Below the pieces are notes generated by a model. That model worked only from the letters and a program-made list of their open reading frames with translations. It did not search any database and was not told where the DNA came from. This document shows, in pieces, positions 1-8,632 of a stretch of DNA of 26,921 bases; the first letter of the stretch is position 1; every line of letters starts with the position of its first letter. The DNA comes from a virus (taxonomy: Duplodnaviria; Caudoviricetes). Location: positions 1 to 26,921 of IMG/VR virus record IMGVR_UViG_3300025848_000161. One strand, written 5' to 3'. The translations under genes and the position numbers were made by a program.

Positions 1-43
1 CGCTGGCCACGCACCTGCCGGTGAACTGGTTTGAAGAATTGGA

Positions 44-72
44 TTGACTCTGCCACACCCTTCTTGTAGGGT
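44..72 (+). promoter_or_regulatory. SigA/sigma70-type promoter for the recombination operon
   Basis: TTGACT (44-49), 17-nt spacer, TAGGGT (67-72), upstream of RBS GGAGAGAG and ATG 102. Confidence 0.65.
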
Positions 73-101
73 GAGATCAGTCTCAAAACAAAGGAGAGAG
101 A

Positions 102-1061
102 ATGTTCAACCGACTCATACCCAAACCCGACCACGGAAGCCTCGAATGGCTGAAGTTGCGACACCGCGACGATGCAGGAAACATCCGTATCGCCGCATCA
201 GAAGCAGCCGCAGTTCACGACCAGCATCGATTCATCAGCAAATACGCGCTCGCAACAGAGAAGCTTGCTGACACACCGACCGTCAAAGAAACCAGTCGTG
301 CGATGGATCGAGGCAACCGTCTCGAATGGGTATTGCTTGACTGGCTCGGTGACGAGATCGGCACAAAGTTCATCACACCCAACTTCATGTACGCGTTGGA
401 TTGGGAAACCTGCCCGCTCATCGCAACCATTGACGGGATCGACTACGAAAGTTATTTGGACGGTTGCGAAGAACCGAACGTGGTTGCAGAAATCAAAACG
501 TACAACCGGGAATGGGACGGCGTACTGCCCGCCTACTGGTATTGGCAAGGTGTACAGCAAGCGATCTGCTGCGACGTAGACGAAATCGTTTGGGGCATCT
601 TTGACAGCACCCTTGATCTTCATGTCCACCGCCAGAAGGTGACCGGCGACGAGAAAGCCGAACATATGGAAGCCGTCAAAGACTTCCTTTGGTATGTGAA
701 CCTCGGGACGATCCCCGCCGAATGGCCGGCCACCTACAACGAAATCTCCGAACGGTTCCCCAACGCAGACGGCGACACTACTGACCTCACCGAACACGCC
801 GATTTGGTGCGTCGCATCATCGAGGTGCAGGCCGCGAAGAAACTGTTGGACACAGAAGAAGACACGCTGAAGGCAACTATCGCACAGCTGATGAAGGATG
901 CCCACACCGGGGTCATCAACGGTCAACCGGCCGTCACATGGAAATCGCAGAACAGAAAAGGTTTCGATAAGAAAGCCTTTACAAGCGACCATCCTGACTT
1001 GTACAGTCAGTATGAGAACACAACAACGATCCGCGTCATGCGGTTCAAGGGAGAGAGATGA
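102..1061 (+). CDS. YqaJ-like (lambda-exonuclease family) phage recombination exonuclease
   Basis: N-terminal 'EWLKLR...IAASEAAAV', 'AMDRGNRLE', 'ATIDG', 'AEIKT', 'YYWQ-like' motifs and a C-terminal 'VTWKSQNRKGFDKK' typical of YqaJ proteins; RBS present. Confidence 0.9.
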   Translation: MFNRLIPKPDHGSLEWLKLRHRDDAGNIRIAASEAAAVHDQHRFISKYALATEKLADTPTVKETSRAMDRGNRLEWVLLDWLGDEIGTKFITPNFMYALDWETCPLIATIDGIDYESYLDGCEEPNVVAEIKTYNREWDGVLPAYWYWQGVQQAICCDVDEIVWGIFDSTLDLHVHRQKVTGDEKAEHMEAVKDFLWYVNLGTIPAEWPATYNEISERFPNADGDTTDLTEHADLVRRIIEVQAAKKLLDTEEDTLKATIAQLMKDAHTGVINGQPAVTWKSQNRKGFDKKAFTSDHPDLYSQYENTTTIRVMRFKGER

Positions 1062-1297
1062 ACAGCCCGTACAACTTTGATTGGCCGGACTTTGACATCG
1101 ACGAATGGGACGAATTCGGGCAGAACGAACTTACAAAAGCTGCACGCGACATGGTGTTTGGTTTGATACCTTACGACACCGAAGTGATCTGGCTACTTGT
1201 CCATGATGCAGAGTATTCCCACATCCGTCTCAACAATGCGATAAGAAGATTCCGCAGGAAAATCAAGAAAAACAAACAAAGCAAGGGAGAGAGATAA
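1058..1297 (+). CDS. hypothetical protein (79 aa)
   Basis: ATGA overlap with upstream stop, GGGAGAGAG RBS, operon tiling. Confidence 0.7.
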   Translation: MNSPYNFDWPDFDIDEWDEFGQNELTKAARDMVFGLIPYDTEVIWLLVHDAEYSHIRLNNAIRRFRRKIKKNKQSKGER

Positions 1298-1629
1298 TGA
1301 GAAACAAGCATTTAGCGAAAACGCTTAGTCACGAAGCGATCGAGCGCGGCTGGAACAACAGCGCACTCAAGTTCCGCGACAACGCGTTCCAAGCCATCGT
1401 CGTCCTCGCAGAAACCGAAGACGAATTCACCACCGACGACATCTGGGAATACTTCAGCGACAACAAACTGAAATTGAACCATGACGGACGCGCACTCGGA
1501 GGCGCGATGAAGCGTGCCGAAAGCATGGGTCTGATCGCCCCCACCGACCGCTTCGTATCATCGGAACGGCCGGCTTGCCACGCCCGCCCGGTTCGCATCT
1601 GGACTTCACAGTTGACAGGAGGCAAGTGA
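1297..1629 (+). CDS. hypothetical phage protein, possibly winged-helix DNA-binding
   Basis: TAATG overlap, RBS; 'FTTDDIW...RALGGAMKRAESMGLI...CHARPVRIWTS' resembles a common phage family. Confidence 0.75.
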   Translation: MRNKHLAKTLSHEAIERGWNNSALKFRDNAFQAIVVLAETEDEFTTDDIWEYFSDNKLKLNHDGRALGGAMKRAESMGLIAPTDRFVSSERPACHARPVRIWTSQLTGGK

Positions 1630-2255
1630 TGGACACCACTAAACAGCTCGCAGAGGTACTCACCAAATACGCTGTCCCCGACCCGAAGATCGTCGGCAAA
1701 CTCCCCAAAGGCGGGATGCAACTTGACTTCGTAGGACACGCCGACATCACCCGCATCCTCATTGAGATCGACCCCATGTGGTCGTGGGAGCCGTGCGGAT
1801 GGGTGAACGGCCGCCCCCACGTCCACGTCGAAAACGGGATGGCAACCATGTGGGCCAGACTGACCGTTCACGGCAAGCCGATGCTCGGAGTCGGATCAGT
1901 ACGCGCCGACAAAGCCGAACTTGACAAAGAACTCGTCGGAGATTTCCTCCGCAACGCAGCCATGCGATTCGGTATCTCGCTCGCACTTTGGACAAAGCAG
2001 GAGTGGGAAGACCTCGGCTCAAAGCCTGTCGCACCCGTCAAGAAGCCGGCCAAAGCGAAAGCCGTCGCCCAACTCGTCGAAGACAACACGCCGGTTGATC
2101 CCGAAGTTCTCGGCAAGTTCGCACGCGCCTGCGCCGACGCAAACCTTGACCACGACCAAGTAGCAGATCGAGCAGGCGTAGACCTGCACGGCAAAGTAAC
2201 CGTCAACGACATGACCAAACTTCGTGTCGCCTTCAAAGAAATGATGAAAGCATGA
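1629..2255 (+). CDS. Rad52/Rad22 (Sak)-like single-strand annealing protein
   Basis: Start reassigned to ATG 1629 (TGATG overlap); 'KGGMQLDFVGHADITRILIEIDPMWSW' and 'DFLRNAAMRFGISLALW' motifs; lies between exonuclease and SSB. Confidence 0.75.
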   Translation: MDTTKQLAEVLTKYAVPDPKIVGKLPKGGMQLDFVGHADITRILIEIDPMWSWEPCGWVNGRPHVHVENGMATMWARLTVHGKPMLGVGSVRADKAELDKELVGDFLRNAAMRFGISLALWTKQEWEDLGSKPVAPVKKPAKAKAVAQLVEDNTPVDPEVLGKFARACADANLDHDQVADRAGVDLHGKVTVNDMTKLRVAFKEMMKA

Positions 2256-2641
2256 ACACCATCACCGTCTCAGGAAACGTCGGCCGCGACCCCGAACTCA
2301 AATATTCGGCAAACGGAACCGCCGTCGTCAAATTCTCTGTTGCCGACACCACCGGCAAAGACGACAACAAGAAAACCGTTTGGCATGATGTCGTCGTCTT
2401 CAAAGAGCAAGCCGAAAACGTTGCGGCCTCCGTCAAAAAGGGATCGCGTGTCATCGTCACCGGTCGCCTCGACAAAAGCGACTACACCGGCAAAGACGGT
2501 GTGAAGAAGCAACGCGTCGAAATCATCGCAGACGACGTGTCAATCTCACTTCGTTGGGCTGCTCACGAATCCGACAGCAACATTTCAAACGCAAAAACCC
2601 TGCTCAACGCCGATGTTGTGGAAGATGAAGAACCTTTCTGA
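2252..2641 (+). CDS. ssb: single-stranded DNA-binding protein
   Basis: 'ITVSGNVGRDPELKY', 'KKGSRVIVTGRL' OB-fold motifs; acidic tail ending 'EDEEPF'. Confidence 0.95.
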   Translation: MNTITVSGNVGRDPELKYSANGTAVVKFSVADTTGKDDNKKTVWHDVVVFKEQAENVAASVKKGSRVIVTGRLDKSDYTGKDGVKKQRVEIIADDVSISLRWAAHESDSNISNAKTLLNADVVEDEEPF

Positions 2642-2804
2642 ACTCCATGAGGTAAAATGGTTGTGCCGCATCTGCGAGCAAACCATAATAACCCACGTGC
2701 CGTTGAACGGTGTGCCGATGCACACCTGCAAACCTCGACGCGCACGGCGATTCCCGATGGAGCGAGCTGATGAGCAAGCAAAAACAGAAGGGGACAGCGT
2801 TTGA
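2625..2804 (+). CDS. small putative zinc-binding protein (59 aa)
   Basis: Fills the ssb-resolvase gap; CRIC...HTC motif; overlaps both neighbours. Confidence 0.45.
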   Translation: MKNLSELHEVKWLCRICEQTIITHVPLNGVPMHTCKPRRARRFPMERADEQAKTEGDSV

Positions 2805-3105
2805 AACGCTGATCGTCCGACATTTACGAGAACACGGATTCCCGTACGCCGAACGTCGAGCGTTGACCGGCCAACACGACGAAGGTGACATCACCGGAAC
2901 ACCCGGCATCGTCTGGGAATGTAAGAACCATAAGACACTCAAACTGTCCGAATGGCTGCGTGAAACCGAAACAGAACGTGTCAACGGTCAAGCCGACATC
3001 GGTGTTTTAGTTGCCAAACGGATCGGAGTTTCTGATCCCGGCGAACAATACGCTGTGGTCACCGTCAACACCATGATCGACTTGCTGAAGCAAGCCGGAT
3101 TCTGA
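2770..3105 (+). CDS. Holliday junction resolvase (PD-(D/E)XK, Hjc-like phage type)
   Basis: Start reassigned to ATG 2770; 'KQKGTAFE', 'DEGDI', 'VWECKNHK' motifs. Confidence 0.85.
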   Translation: MSKQKQKGTAFETLIVRHLREHGFPYAERRALTGQHDEGDITGTPGIVWECKNHKTLKLSEWLRETETERVNGQADIGVLVAKRIGVSDPGEQYAVVTVNTMIDLLKQAGF

Positions 3106-3118
3106 GAGAGAGAAACCT

Positions 3119-3631
3119 ATGAAACGTTTGATACCTCTTTTGCTATTGGCTGGGTGCGCTCTCAACAGCACCACCGTCGAAACAACGCTGATACCAGTCA
3201 CCCCCGTGCCGGCCACTAGCACTACAACCATCCCACCAACAACCACAACCACCGTTGCCCCCACAACCACCACCACCACACTCGTCCCGGCTGACACAAA
3301 ATGCGCTGAACTAGCACCCATCGCCCACGCCGCAGGATGGCCACAAGAACTACTCACCGAAGTCCTCGCAGAAGCATGGTCAGAATCTCGATGCCTCAAC
3401 ATCATCGGTTCTATCAACGGTCAACCAGCTCACAAGAACTTCAACGGTACTGATTGGGGGCCGATGCAACTCAATATGACGGTCTGGGACGACGAAATGA
3501 CCAACAAATACGGTGACTGGCATCTCGTCGCAGACCCCTACTACAACTTTGCGTGGGCATGGGAAATGTACATCTGGTTCGATGCCCACAAAGGATGCGG
3601 ATTCATCCCGTGGACACGACCCTGCAAATAA
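3119..3631 (+). CDS. lipoprotein with Thr-rich linker and SLT/lysozyme-like transglycosylase domain
   Basis: Lipobox 'LLLAGC', poly-Thr linker, catalytic 'WSESRC', 'DWGPMQLN', C-terminal 'GFIPW'. Confidence 0.75.
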   Translation: MKRLIPLLLLAGCALNSTTVETTLIPVTPVPATSTTTIPPTTTTTVAPTTTTTTLVPADTKCAELAPIAHAAGWPQELLTEVLAEAWSESRCLNIIGSINGQPAHKNFNGTDWGPMQLNMTVWDDEMTNKYGDWHLVADPYYNFAWAWEMYIWFDAHKGCGFIPWTRPCK

Positions 3632-3635
3632 ACTA

Positions 3636-3664
3636 TTGACAACACCCCACAACTAGGGGATACT
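3636..3664 (+). promoter_or_regulatory. SigA-type promoter for the whiB-methyltransferase operon
   Basis: TTGACA (3636-3641), 17 nt, GATACT (3659-3664); AGAGAGAG RBS before ATG 3696. Confidence 0.65.
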
Positions 3665-3695
3665 AGAAACACCTACAACAGAGAGAGAGAACACA

Positions 3696-3974
3696 ATGGA
3701 ATGGTTACAGTACGGTTCATGCCGCGGAATGGATGTCAACGACTTCATGCCGATCCGGGGCGACATCGTAAAGATACGAGCCGCCAAAAAGATTTGTAAC
3801 ACCTGCCCCGTCATGTTCGACTGCCGGAAGTACGGTTTGTCCAACCATCGAGCATGGGATTTGCACGGCATTTTCGGTGGTTTGACTAGGATGGAACGCG
3901 AAGATCAACTGCGGATCGCGGAGGGTCGTCTTCCGAAGAACCGTAAAGCTGTACGAAAGAACGACAATGACTGA
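3696..3974 (+). CDS. whiB: WhiB family transcription factor
   Basis: Four Cys (SCRG...ICNTCPVMFDC), 'GIFGGLT..ER' turn, basic C-terminal tail. Confidence 0.92.
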   Translation: MEWLQYGSCRGMDVNDFMPIRGDIVKIRAAKKICNTCPVMFDCRKYGLSNHRAWDLHGIFGGLTRMEREDQLRIAEGRLPKNRKAVRKNDND

Positions 3975-4917
3975 GGAAAGAGCAACAATTTTTGTTGGTG
4001 ATGTTCGTGAACGGCTCAAAAACATTTCTGATGGCTCGGTTCAATGTGTCATCACTAGCCCGCCATATTGGGGGTTGCGTGACTACGGTGTTGACGGTCA
4101 GATTGGTTTGGAGCAAACACCTGAAGTGTACGTTGATGAGATGGTAAGTGTATTCCGTGAAGTCTGGCGTGTAATAGCCGATGACGGCGTGTTGTGGCTC
4201 AATCTTGGCGACAGTTACGCAGGTTCAGGCAAAGGGCCAGCAGGCAACTTAGGCGCAACACATAACGAACGGCATATGGAACATAAACATTCTGCCATAG
4301 TCCCAGAAGGGTTGAAACCGAAAGACCTTGTTGGTATTCCGTGGCGGGTCGCCTTTGCTTTACAGGCAGACGGCTGGTATTTGCGTCAAGACATCATCTG
4401 GGCTAAACCAAATCCGATGCCTGAATCTGTTACCGACCGATGCACCAAATCCCACGAATACCTGTTTTTGCTCACTAAGTCGCCCCGCTATCTGTTCAAC
4501 AATGAGATATTGAAGGAGCCTGCGAAATACCCGTACGATGATAGGGGGTCTAGAGGGGACTCACGGACAGGTTCGAGGATGAACAGTATGTCGGGACGCA
4601 CAGGAGAAACCCGAAACAAACGTTCCGTCTGGACAATCCCCACTAAACCATTCCGAGGCTCACACTTTGCCGTGATGCCCGAAGCACTTGTCGAGCCTTG
4701 TGTTCTGTCAAGCAGTAGGCCCGACGATATTGTCTTAGACCCGTTTACCGGTTCAGGGACAGTTGGGGTGGTGTCTTTGCGTTTGGGACGACGGTTCATC
4801 GGATGCGAATTGAACCCTGAATATGTTGTAATTGCCCAAAACCGAATTGAAGATGACGCACCCATGATGAACCATGTTCGTATTATTGACGCACAGGAGC
4901 TGTTCAATAATGACTGA
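3967..4917 (+). CDS. DNA methyltransferase, beta class (N4-cytosine/N6-adenine)
   Basis: Catalytic 'TSPPYW' precedes SAM-binding 'VLDPFTGSGT'; 'HFAVMP', 'FIGCELNPEY'. Confidence 0.93.
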   Translation: MTEERATIFVGDVRERLKNISDGSVQCVITSPPYWGLRDYGVDGQIGLEQTPEVYVDEMVSVFREVWRVIADDGVLWLNLGDSYAGSGKGPAGNLGATHNERHMEHKHSAIVPEGLKPKDLVGIPWRVAFALQADGWYLRQDIIWAKPNPMPESVTDRCTKSHEYLFLLTKSPRYLFNNEILKEPAKYPYDDRGSRGDSRTGSRMNSMSGRTGETRNKRSVWTIPTKPFRGSHFAVMPEALVEPCVLSSSRPDDIVLDPFTGSGTVGVVSLRLGRRFIGCELNPEYVVIAQNRIEDDAPMMNHVRIIDAQELFNND

Positions 4918-5002
4918 CGACATCCTGACCGCACTCATCATCATCTACATGATCGCACTACTCTGGATCATCCTCTGGGACAGCGAAAGAAGAAACAAAT
5001 GA
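4910..5002 (+). CDS. 30-aa single-pass membrane protein (not in ORF track)
   Basis: MTDDILTALIIIYMIALLWIILWDSERRNK; overlaps the MTase end and has an ATGA overlap with 4999. Confidence 0.55.
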   Translation: MTDDILTALIIIYMIALLWIILWDSERRNK

Positions 5003-5229
5003 CATTCGACGAATGGATCAAAACCGGCATCGAACACGGATACTGCGGGCCGCCCGTCTGCTACACCCACGACAGCCTCCCAATGAGCAACGAAGAAGCA
5101 GACGAGTTCGAAGAACACGACCCCTGCCTACACATCATCCGACTCTACGAAGATGCCGAACACAAAACCAGTATTGAGCGCGACCACACACCATCCCAAT
5201 GGAGAAACCTTTGGACAACTGGAAACTAG
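4999..5229 (+). CDS. hypothetical phage protein (76 aa)
   Basis: ATGA coupling; 'CGPPVCYTHD...DPCLHIIRLYE' possible metal-binding motif. Confidence 0.75.
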   Translation: MTFDEWIKTGIEHGYCGPPVCYTHDSLPMSNEEADEFEEHDPCLHIIRLYEDAEHKTSIERDHTPSQWRNLWTTGN

Positions 5230-5642
5230 AAGCCGCCTGCCGTGGCCTACAAACCAACCTGTTCTTCCCCGAAAAAGGTGACCAACACACCCTCAAAACC
5301 GCACTCGAAATCTGCAACGGCACACCCGACACCGAACCCTGCCCCGTCAAACAACAATGCCTCGACTGGATACTCACCACATTCAACCGTGACGAAGACC
5401 TATACGGTATCTACGGTGGCCTGTTGCCGGCACAACGCCTCAAACTACGCAAACCATCCGGCCACGTCGCTATCGCCGTCACGAAAGACCGTATTGAGCG
5501 CGGAAACAACCGGCAAGAAGCCCTAGCAGAACTACTGAACCTCGTTCACGAAGTAGTGGTAACCGATATGTTGCGATCCGAACACCAGCGTCTCACCAAA
5601 TACAACGAAACGATCAGTATTGAGCGCGGACAGCAGGATTGA
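5199..5642 (+). CDS. whiB: second WhiB family protein with C-terminal extension
   Basis: 'WKLEAACRG..FFPEKG', 'IC-x8-CPVKQQC', 'GIYGGL'. Confidence 0.85.
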   Translation: MEKPLDNWKLEAACRGLQTNLFFPEKGDQHTLKTALEICNGTPDTEPCPVKQQCLDWILTTFNRDEDLYGIYGGLLPAQRLKLRKPSGHVAIAVTKDRIERGNNRQEALAELLNLVHEVVVTDMLRSEHQRLTKYNETISIERGQQD

Positions 5643-5667
5643 GCGCGGAGAACAGTATCGCGCGCGG
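5615..5667 (+). repeat. three tandem copies (19-nt period) of a CAGTATTGAGCGCGG-like motif
   Basis: 5615 CAGTATTGAGCGCGG, 5634 CAGGATTGAGCGCGG, 5653 CAGTATCGCGCGCGG. Confidence 0.75.
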
Positions 5668-5687
5668 GTCTGAAACCGTCGATGCCG

Positions 5688-5730
5688 ACACAACGAAGAA
5701 TCCCGGCCGAACCAACATCGACCGGGATTC
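5688..5730 (-). terminator. intrinsic terminator of the minus-strand operon, possibly bidirectional
   Basis: Minus strand GAATCCCGGTCGA-TGTTGGT-TCGGCCGGGATTC (13 bp including one G:U) then TTCGTTGTGT, just after the stop at 5734, at the convergence of two operons. Confidence 0.7.
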
Positions 5731-5733
5731 TGC

Positions 5734-6024
5734 TTATTGTGAATCGGACAGCTCGACCGTCCTATAGACAACCGTGACACCTAGTTCACGTTCGACCATT
5801 TCTCGCGCGACCGTCTCCGATGGGAACCGCCACGCCTGTCGAACCGAACCCCAATCCGTTGCCGGGTTCCGAACACCGTACGGATCGCGCCAATACACCG
5901 CGAGACGTTCGTGTTGTACCAGACAGCAGAATCGACGTGGGATAGGTTCTGGCGGGCAAGGTATCCATCGGCCGATGATCGGCCGAAGATACAACCGTTC
6001 GATCCACGATAGGCGTACATTCAC
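5734..6024 (-). CDS. hypothetical protein (~96 aa)
   Basis: GTG 6024 gives a GTGA overlap with the upstream stop; last gene before the terminator. Confidence 0.55.
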   Translation of the reverse strand: MNVRLSWIERLYLRPIIGRWIPCPPEPIPRRFCCLVQHERLAVYWRDPYGVRNPATDWGSVRQAWRFPSETVAREMVERELGVTVVYRTVELSDSQ

Positions 6025-6401
6025 CCGCGATTCGTGTCGCCGGTCAAACGCGGATAGCAACCGTCGCACACCAACGCGAACGCGCGAGGATCACCCATCA
6101 CATCCCATTTCACCATCGGCGCGGAATCCACGTCGATCCGCGTGCTATCGTTGCCCGCAAGCTCGCACGACGAACAGTATTCGGGATCGTGTGGCGCGTC
6201 GAAGATCGCGCGATACCGGAACGCGTCTGCCAACAGCTCGATGACCGGGATCGCATAATGGCCATCGGGCAGGACACCCAACGTTTCCAAACGATCAACG
6301 TCGTTCTCCGTCATACCGGCACACTCAACGATCAGTAGCTGTTCCAACGGTTCGACGGAACACGTGTCGTCTCCCAACGCGATATAGCGTGACCAATCCA
6401 T
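6021..6401 (-). CDS. hypothetical protein with two CxxC motifs (126 aa)
   Basis: ATG 6401 in a TGATG overlap; CSSC and CDGC motifs. Confidence 0.7.
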   Translation of the reverse strand: MDWSRYIALGDDTCSVEPLEQLLIVECAGMTENDVDRLETLGVLPDGHYAIPVIELLADAFRYRAIFDAPHDPEYCSSCELAGNDSTRIDVDSAPMVKWDVMGDPRAFALVCDGCYPRLTGDTNRG

Positions 6402-6676
6402 CAGGCCACCAACCAATCCGTATGACCATACGCGTCCTGTCCGAAGAACCGCGACACAACACCGGCCACACCGTACAGCGAGGCCCAATCCGCATCCGGT
6501 TGCCCGGACGACCACGAACGAATCACACGACGCGACCCATCCGCGACCACGATACGACGATCACAACCATCGTCATCGATCCACGCTAGTTCCGTGGTCG
6601 ATTCTTCGTTGTACCAATCCCATCGTCGCGCGTTACCGCGCACGATCACCCAATCCGGGTGTGTTGTGGTTGCCAT
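6401..6676 (-). CDS. hypothetical protein (91 aa)
   Basis: ATG 6676 preceded by GAGAGAGAGGATAGTT; directly follows tRNA-like cassette A. Confidence 0.75.
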   Translation of the reverse strand: MATTTHPDWVIVRGNARRWDWYNEESTTELAWIDDDGCDRRIVVADGSRRVIRSWSSGQPDADWASLYGVAGVVSRFFGQDAYGHTDWLVA

Positions 6677-6711
6677 AACTATCCTCTCTCTCAAACCGGC
6701 CGGTTGGCCGG

Positions 6712-6759
6712 TAGTGCGCGCCCCGGGATCGAACCGGAGAAACCGCCAGACGGTCGCGC
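6712..6759 (-). ncRNA. anticodon-less tRNA-like element A
   Basis: GCGCG-ACCG(TCTGG)CGGT-TTC-TCCGG(TTCGATC)CCGGG-G-CGCGC-ACTA, followed by hairpin CCGGCC(AACC)GGCCGG at 6696-6711. Confidence 0.7.
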
Positions 6760-6766
6760 CAACCAA

Positions 6767-7255
6767 TCACACCCCAATACCGTCAATCAGATCATCGATG
6801 AAATCCCGCAAATCGTTCTCATCCGTGTCCCATTCGATACCGCCGACAATGGCGTACTCATCAACAATCTGCTCTCCGTACGCGTCACGATCATCCGGTC
6901 GCAACCGTTCCACCCGCACGAATATGAACCCATAACACAACAAATCCGACACCGTGCGCGCAAGCTTGCGAACATCCGACACACCGGCCGGTGGTTGCCA
7001 CCAATGCCGATCACCCCGCCAACCATCAATAATCATCGCGCCACCATCGAACCCAATAGGACGTTCGGCCTGTCGTGTCCCCCATCGGCACGATGTCACC
7101 AACGCGAACCGCCCATAGCAATCCGGGAAATCTGACACGTCGCACGTTTCATCCTGATCTATGCGATACCGCCAATCCCAACCGCCGAACGAAACGATGG
7201 TGTTCTCCCCCGCATCGATCAGTAGCGAGGCTAACGATCGTGTTTCCGTTTCCAT
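6767..7255 (-). CDS. hypothetical acidic protein (162 aa)
   Basis: ATG 7255 after (GA)n-GGATAGTT RBS; acidic C-terminus. Confidence 0.8.
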   Translation of the reverse strand: METETRSLASLLIDAGENTIVSFGGWDWRYRIDQDETCDVSDFPDCYGRFALVTSCRWGTRQAERPIGFDGGAMIIDGWRGDRHWWQPPAGVSDVRKLARTVSDLLCYGFIFVRVERLRPDDRDAYGEQIVDEYAIVGGIEWDTDENDLRDFIDDLIDGIGV

Positions 7256-7296
7256 AACTATCCTCTCTCTCTCTAATGCCGACACCGTTGCCGACA

Positions 7297-7348
7297 TCGT
7301 GCCATACCGGGAATCGAACCCGCCCGCCCGCCAGAACCGGGATATGGC
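7297..7348 (-). ncRNA. anticodon-less tRNA-like element B
   Basis: GCCATAT-CCCG(GTTCTGG)CGGG-CGGG-CGGG(TTCGATT)CCCG-GTATGGC-ACGA, followed by hairpin TGTCGGCA(ACGG)TGTCGGCA at 7277-7296 (two G:U pairs). Confidence 0.75.
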
Positions 7349-7358
7349 CAACCACAAG

Positions 7359-7649
7359 CTAACCAATCACCCCGCACGCGATCCCGCCATCGGAGAACCG
7401 GCCACCGTCATACCGATACAACGTCACCCGCACACGATCATCGTCCTGCCAGATGTTCACGTCCCAACCGTCACCATACGCGCCGAACCAATCACCCGAA
7501 TACTCACGGTCGGACATTGACGTGAAACGATCAACCGCCCACAAACGAACCGTGTCGGCCAAACAATCCGCACACAACCACAGATCGTCGTGGTCTGAAT
7601 ACATCACATCGTTGCGCGTCCGGTCGCACATCGCACACACGTCAATCAC
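7359..7649 (-). CDS. hypothetical protein with N-terminal CxxC...CxxC zinc finger (~96 aa)
   Basis: GTG 7649 with GTGA overlap; CAMC and CADC motifs. Confidence 0.7.
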   Translation of the reverse strand: MIDVCAMCDRTRNDVMYSDHDDLWLCADCLADTVRLWAVDRFTSMSDREYSGDWFGAYGDGWDVNIWQDDDRVRVTLYRYDGGRFSDGGIACGVIG

Positions 7650-7873
7650 AATGTCACCCCATCCCGCAACCGGAGAACCACATCGATCTCGTCCAAACGG
7701 ACAGCAGACCACGGTTGCCCATAGTCATCGATCAGATGGAACGCGAGAGTACCGCCAACACGCAACGAATCGATAATCGTTCCTGTCCACGGTTTCCGAT
7801 GACGTGTGAAACGAACCAACGCGCCAACGAGATCATCGGCCGACAAGCTTGCCATCAACCCGGAATCAATCAC
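7646..7873 (-). CDS. hypothetical protein (~75 aa), possibly SH3-like beta barrel
   Basis: GTGA overlap at both ends; beta-rich pattern 'LVGALVRF...WTGTII'. Confidence 0.65.
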   Translation of the reverse strand: MIDSGLMASLSADDLVGALVRFTRHRKPWTGTIIDSLRVGGTLAFHLIDDYGQPWSAVRLDEIDVVLRLRDGVTL

Positions 7874-8061
7874 CACACACCCCCATCAATCTCAACGATC
7901 AGATCACCACGCCACACCGCACGATCGGCACAACCGTTACCGCGAAACGACCCGCACAACGCGATATTGCCATCCGTTACCGCGTCATCCGCGTGACACG
8001 GATGCCCACAATGGTCACACAACACCGGATCATCGATATCAGGGTAATAGTTCGGATTCAT
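7870..8061 (-). CDS. small Cys-rich protein (63 aa)
   Basis: ATGA overlap; CDHC...C...C motifs. Confidence 0.65.
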   Translation of the reverse strand: MNPNYYPDIDDPVLCDHCGHPCHADDAVTDGNIALCGSFRGNGCADRAVWRGDLIVEIDGGVW

Positions 8062-8276
8062 CGCGCCACCCATTCCAACGGTTCCACATCAACATCGAAC
8101 GCGCTTGCCATATCCCAATCGTAGCAATCGGCCAACAGATCAGTAGCAACGTCGATCGCGGACGGATCATCCGAATAGTCGGATTCATCTTCACGAACCG
8201 GAACCGCGACAACGGTCGAAACCGTCGCGTACTCAAACGTGAACGTGACACGGAAACACATTTCGTCACCGGTCAT
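8058..8276 (-). CDS. small acidic protein (72 aa)
   Basis: ATGA overlap with the upstream stop; Asp/Glu-rich. Confidence 0.7.
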   Translation of the reverse strand: MTGDEMCFRVTFTFEYATVSTVVAVPVREDESDYSDDPSAIDVATDLLADCYDWDMASAFDVDVEPLEWVAR

Positions 8277-8461
8277 CGCGCCACCCCCAACACATCCGAA
8301 CGAAACGCACGCACACACTCACGAACCGACAAACGATCCGAACCGTTGCCCACATACTTGCGATCCAACAGATACATATTGCCACCCATCGCATAGCAAT
8401 ACACACCCCAATGGTGACGTTCGTAGTTCACACCCCACAACACACCCGATTGCCTACTCAT
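8273..8461 (-). CDS. hypothetical protein (62 aa), first gene of the second leftward operon
   Basis: (GA)n-GGG RBS; downstream of the promoter at 8511-8540. Confidence 0.7.
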   Translation of the reverse strand: MSRQSGVLWGVNYERHHWGVYCYAMGGNMYLLDRKYVGNGSDRLSVRECVRAFRSDVLGVAR

Positions 8462-8510
8462 AGCTTACCCTCTCTCTCTCATTAGTCCGGCCGGATTGCC
8501 GACACCCTGT

Positions 8511-8540
8511 ATTGTGCGCGAACCGTGTCGCGCTTGTCAA
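8511..8540 (-). promoter_or_regulatory. leftward SigA-type promoter
   Basis: Minus strand TTGACA (8540-8535), 18 nt, CACAAT (8516-8511); the -10 overlaps a GTATTGTGCGCG motif copy. Confidence 0.6.
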
Positions 8541-8575
8541 TAGTATTCTTCGCAAACCGGCCGGATTCTTTCGGC

Positions 8576-8622
8576 TGGTATCGCACGCGGGACAGTATCG
8601 CGCCCAACAGTATCGAACGCGA
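8576..8622 (+). repeat. three copies of a GTATCG-NN-CGCG-like motif
   Basis: 8576 TGGTATCGCACGCGG, 8593 CAGTATCGCGCCCAA, 8608 CAGTATCGAACGCGA. Confidence 0.6.
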
Positions 8623-8632
8623 GACACCCGCC

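Noticed and set aside
3200-3290. ACC/ACA trinucleotide-like repeats
   Set aside because: They simply encode the Thr-rich linker of the SLT lipoprotein
6677-6766. Upstream extensions of ORFs 6401..6766, 6767..7366 and 9231..9566 in the ORF track
   Set aside because: The extensions run through the tRNA-like cassettes; internal ATGs with (GA)n RBS at 6676, 7255 and 9482 are the better starts
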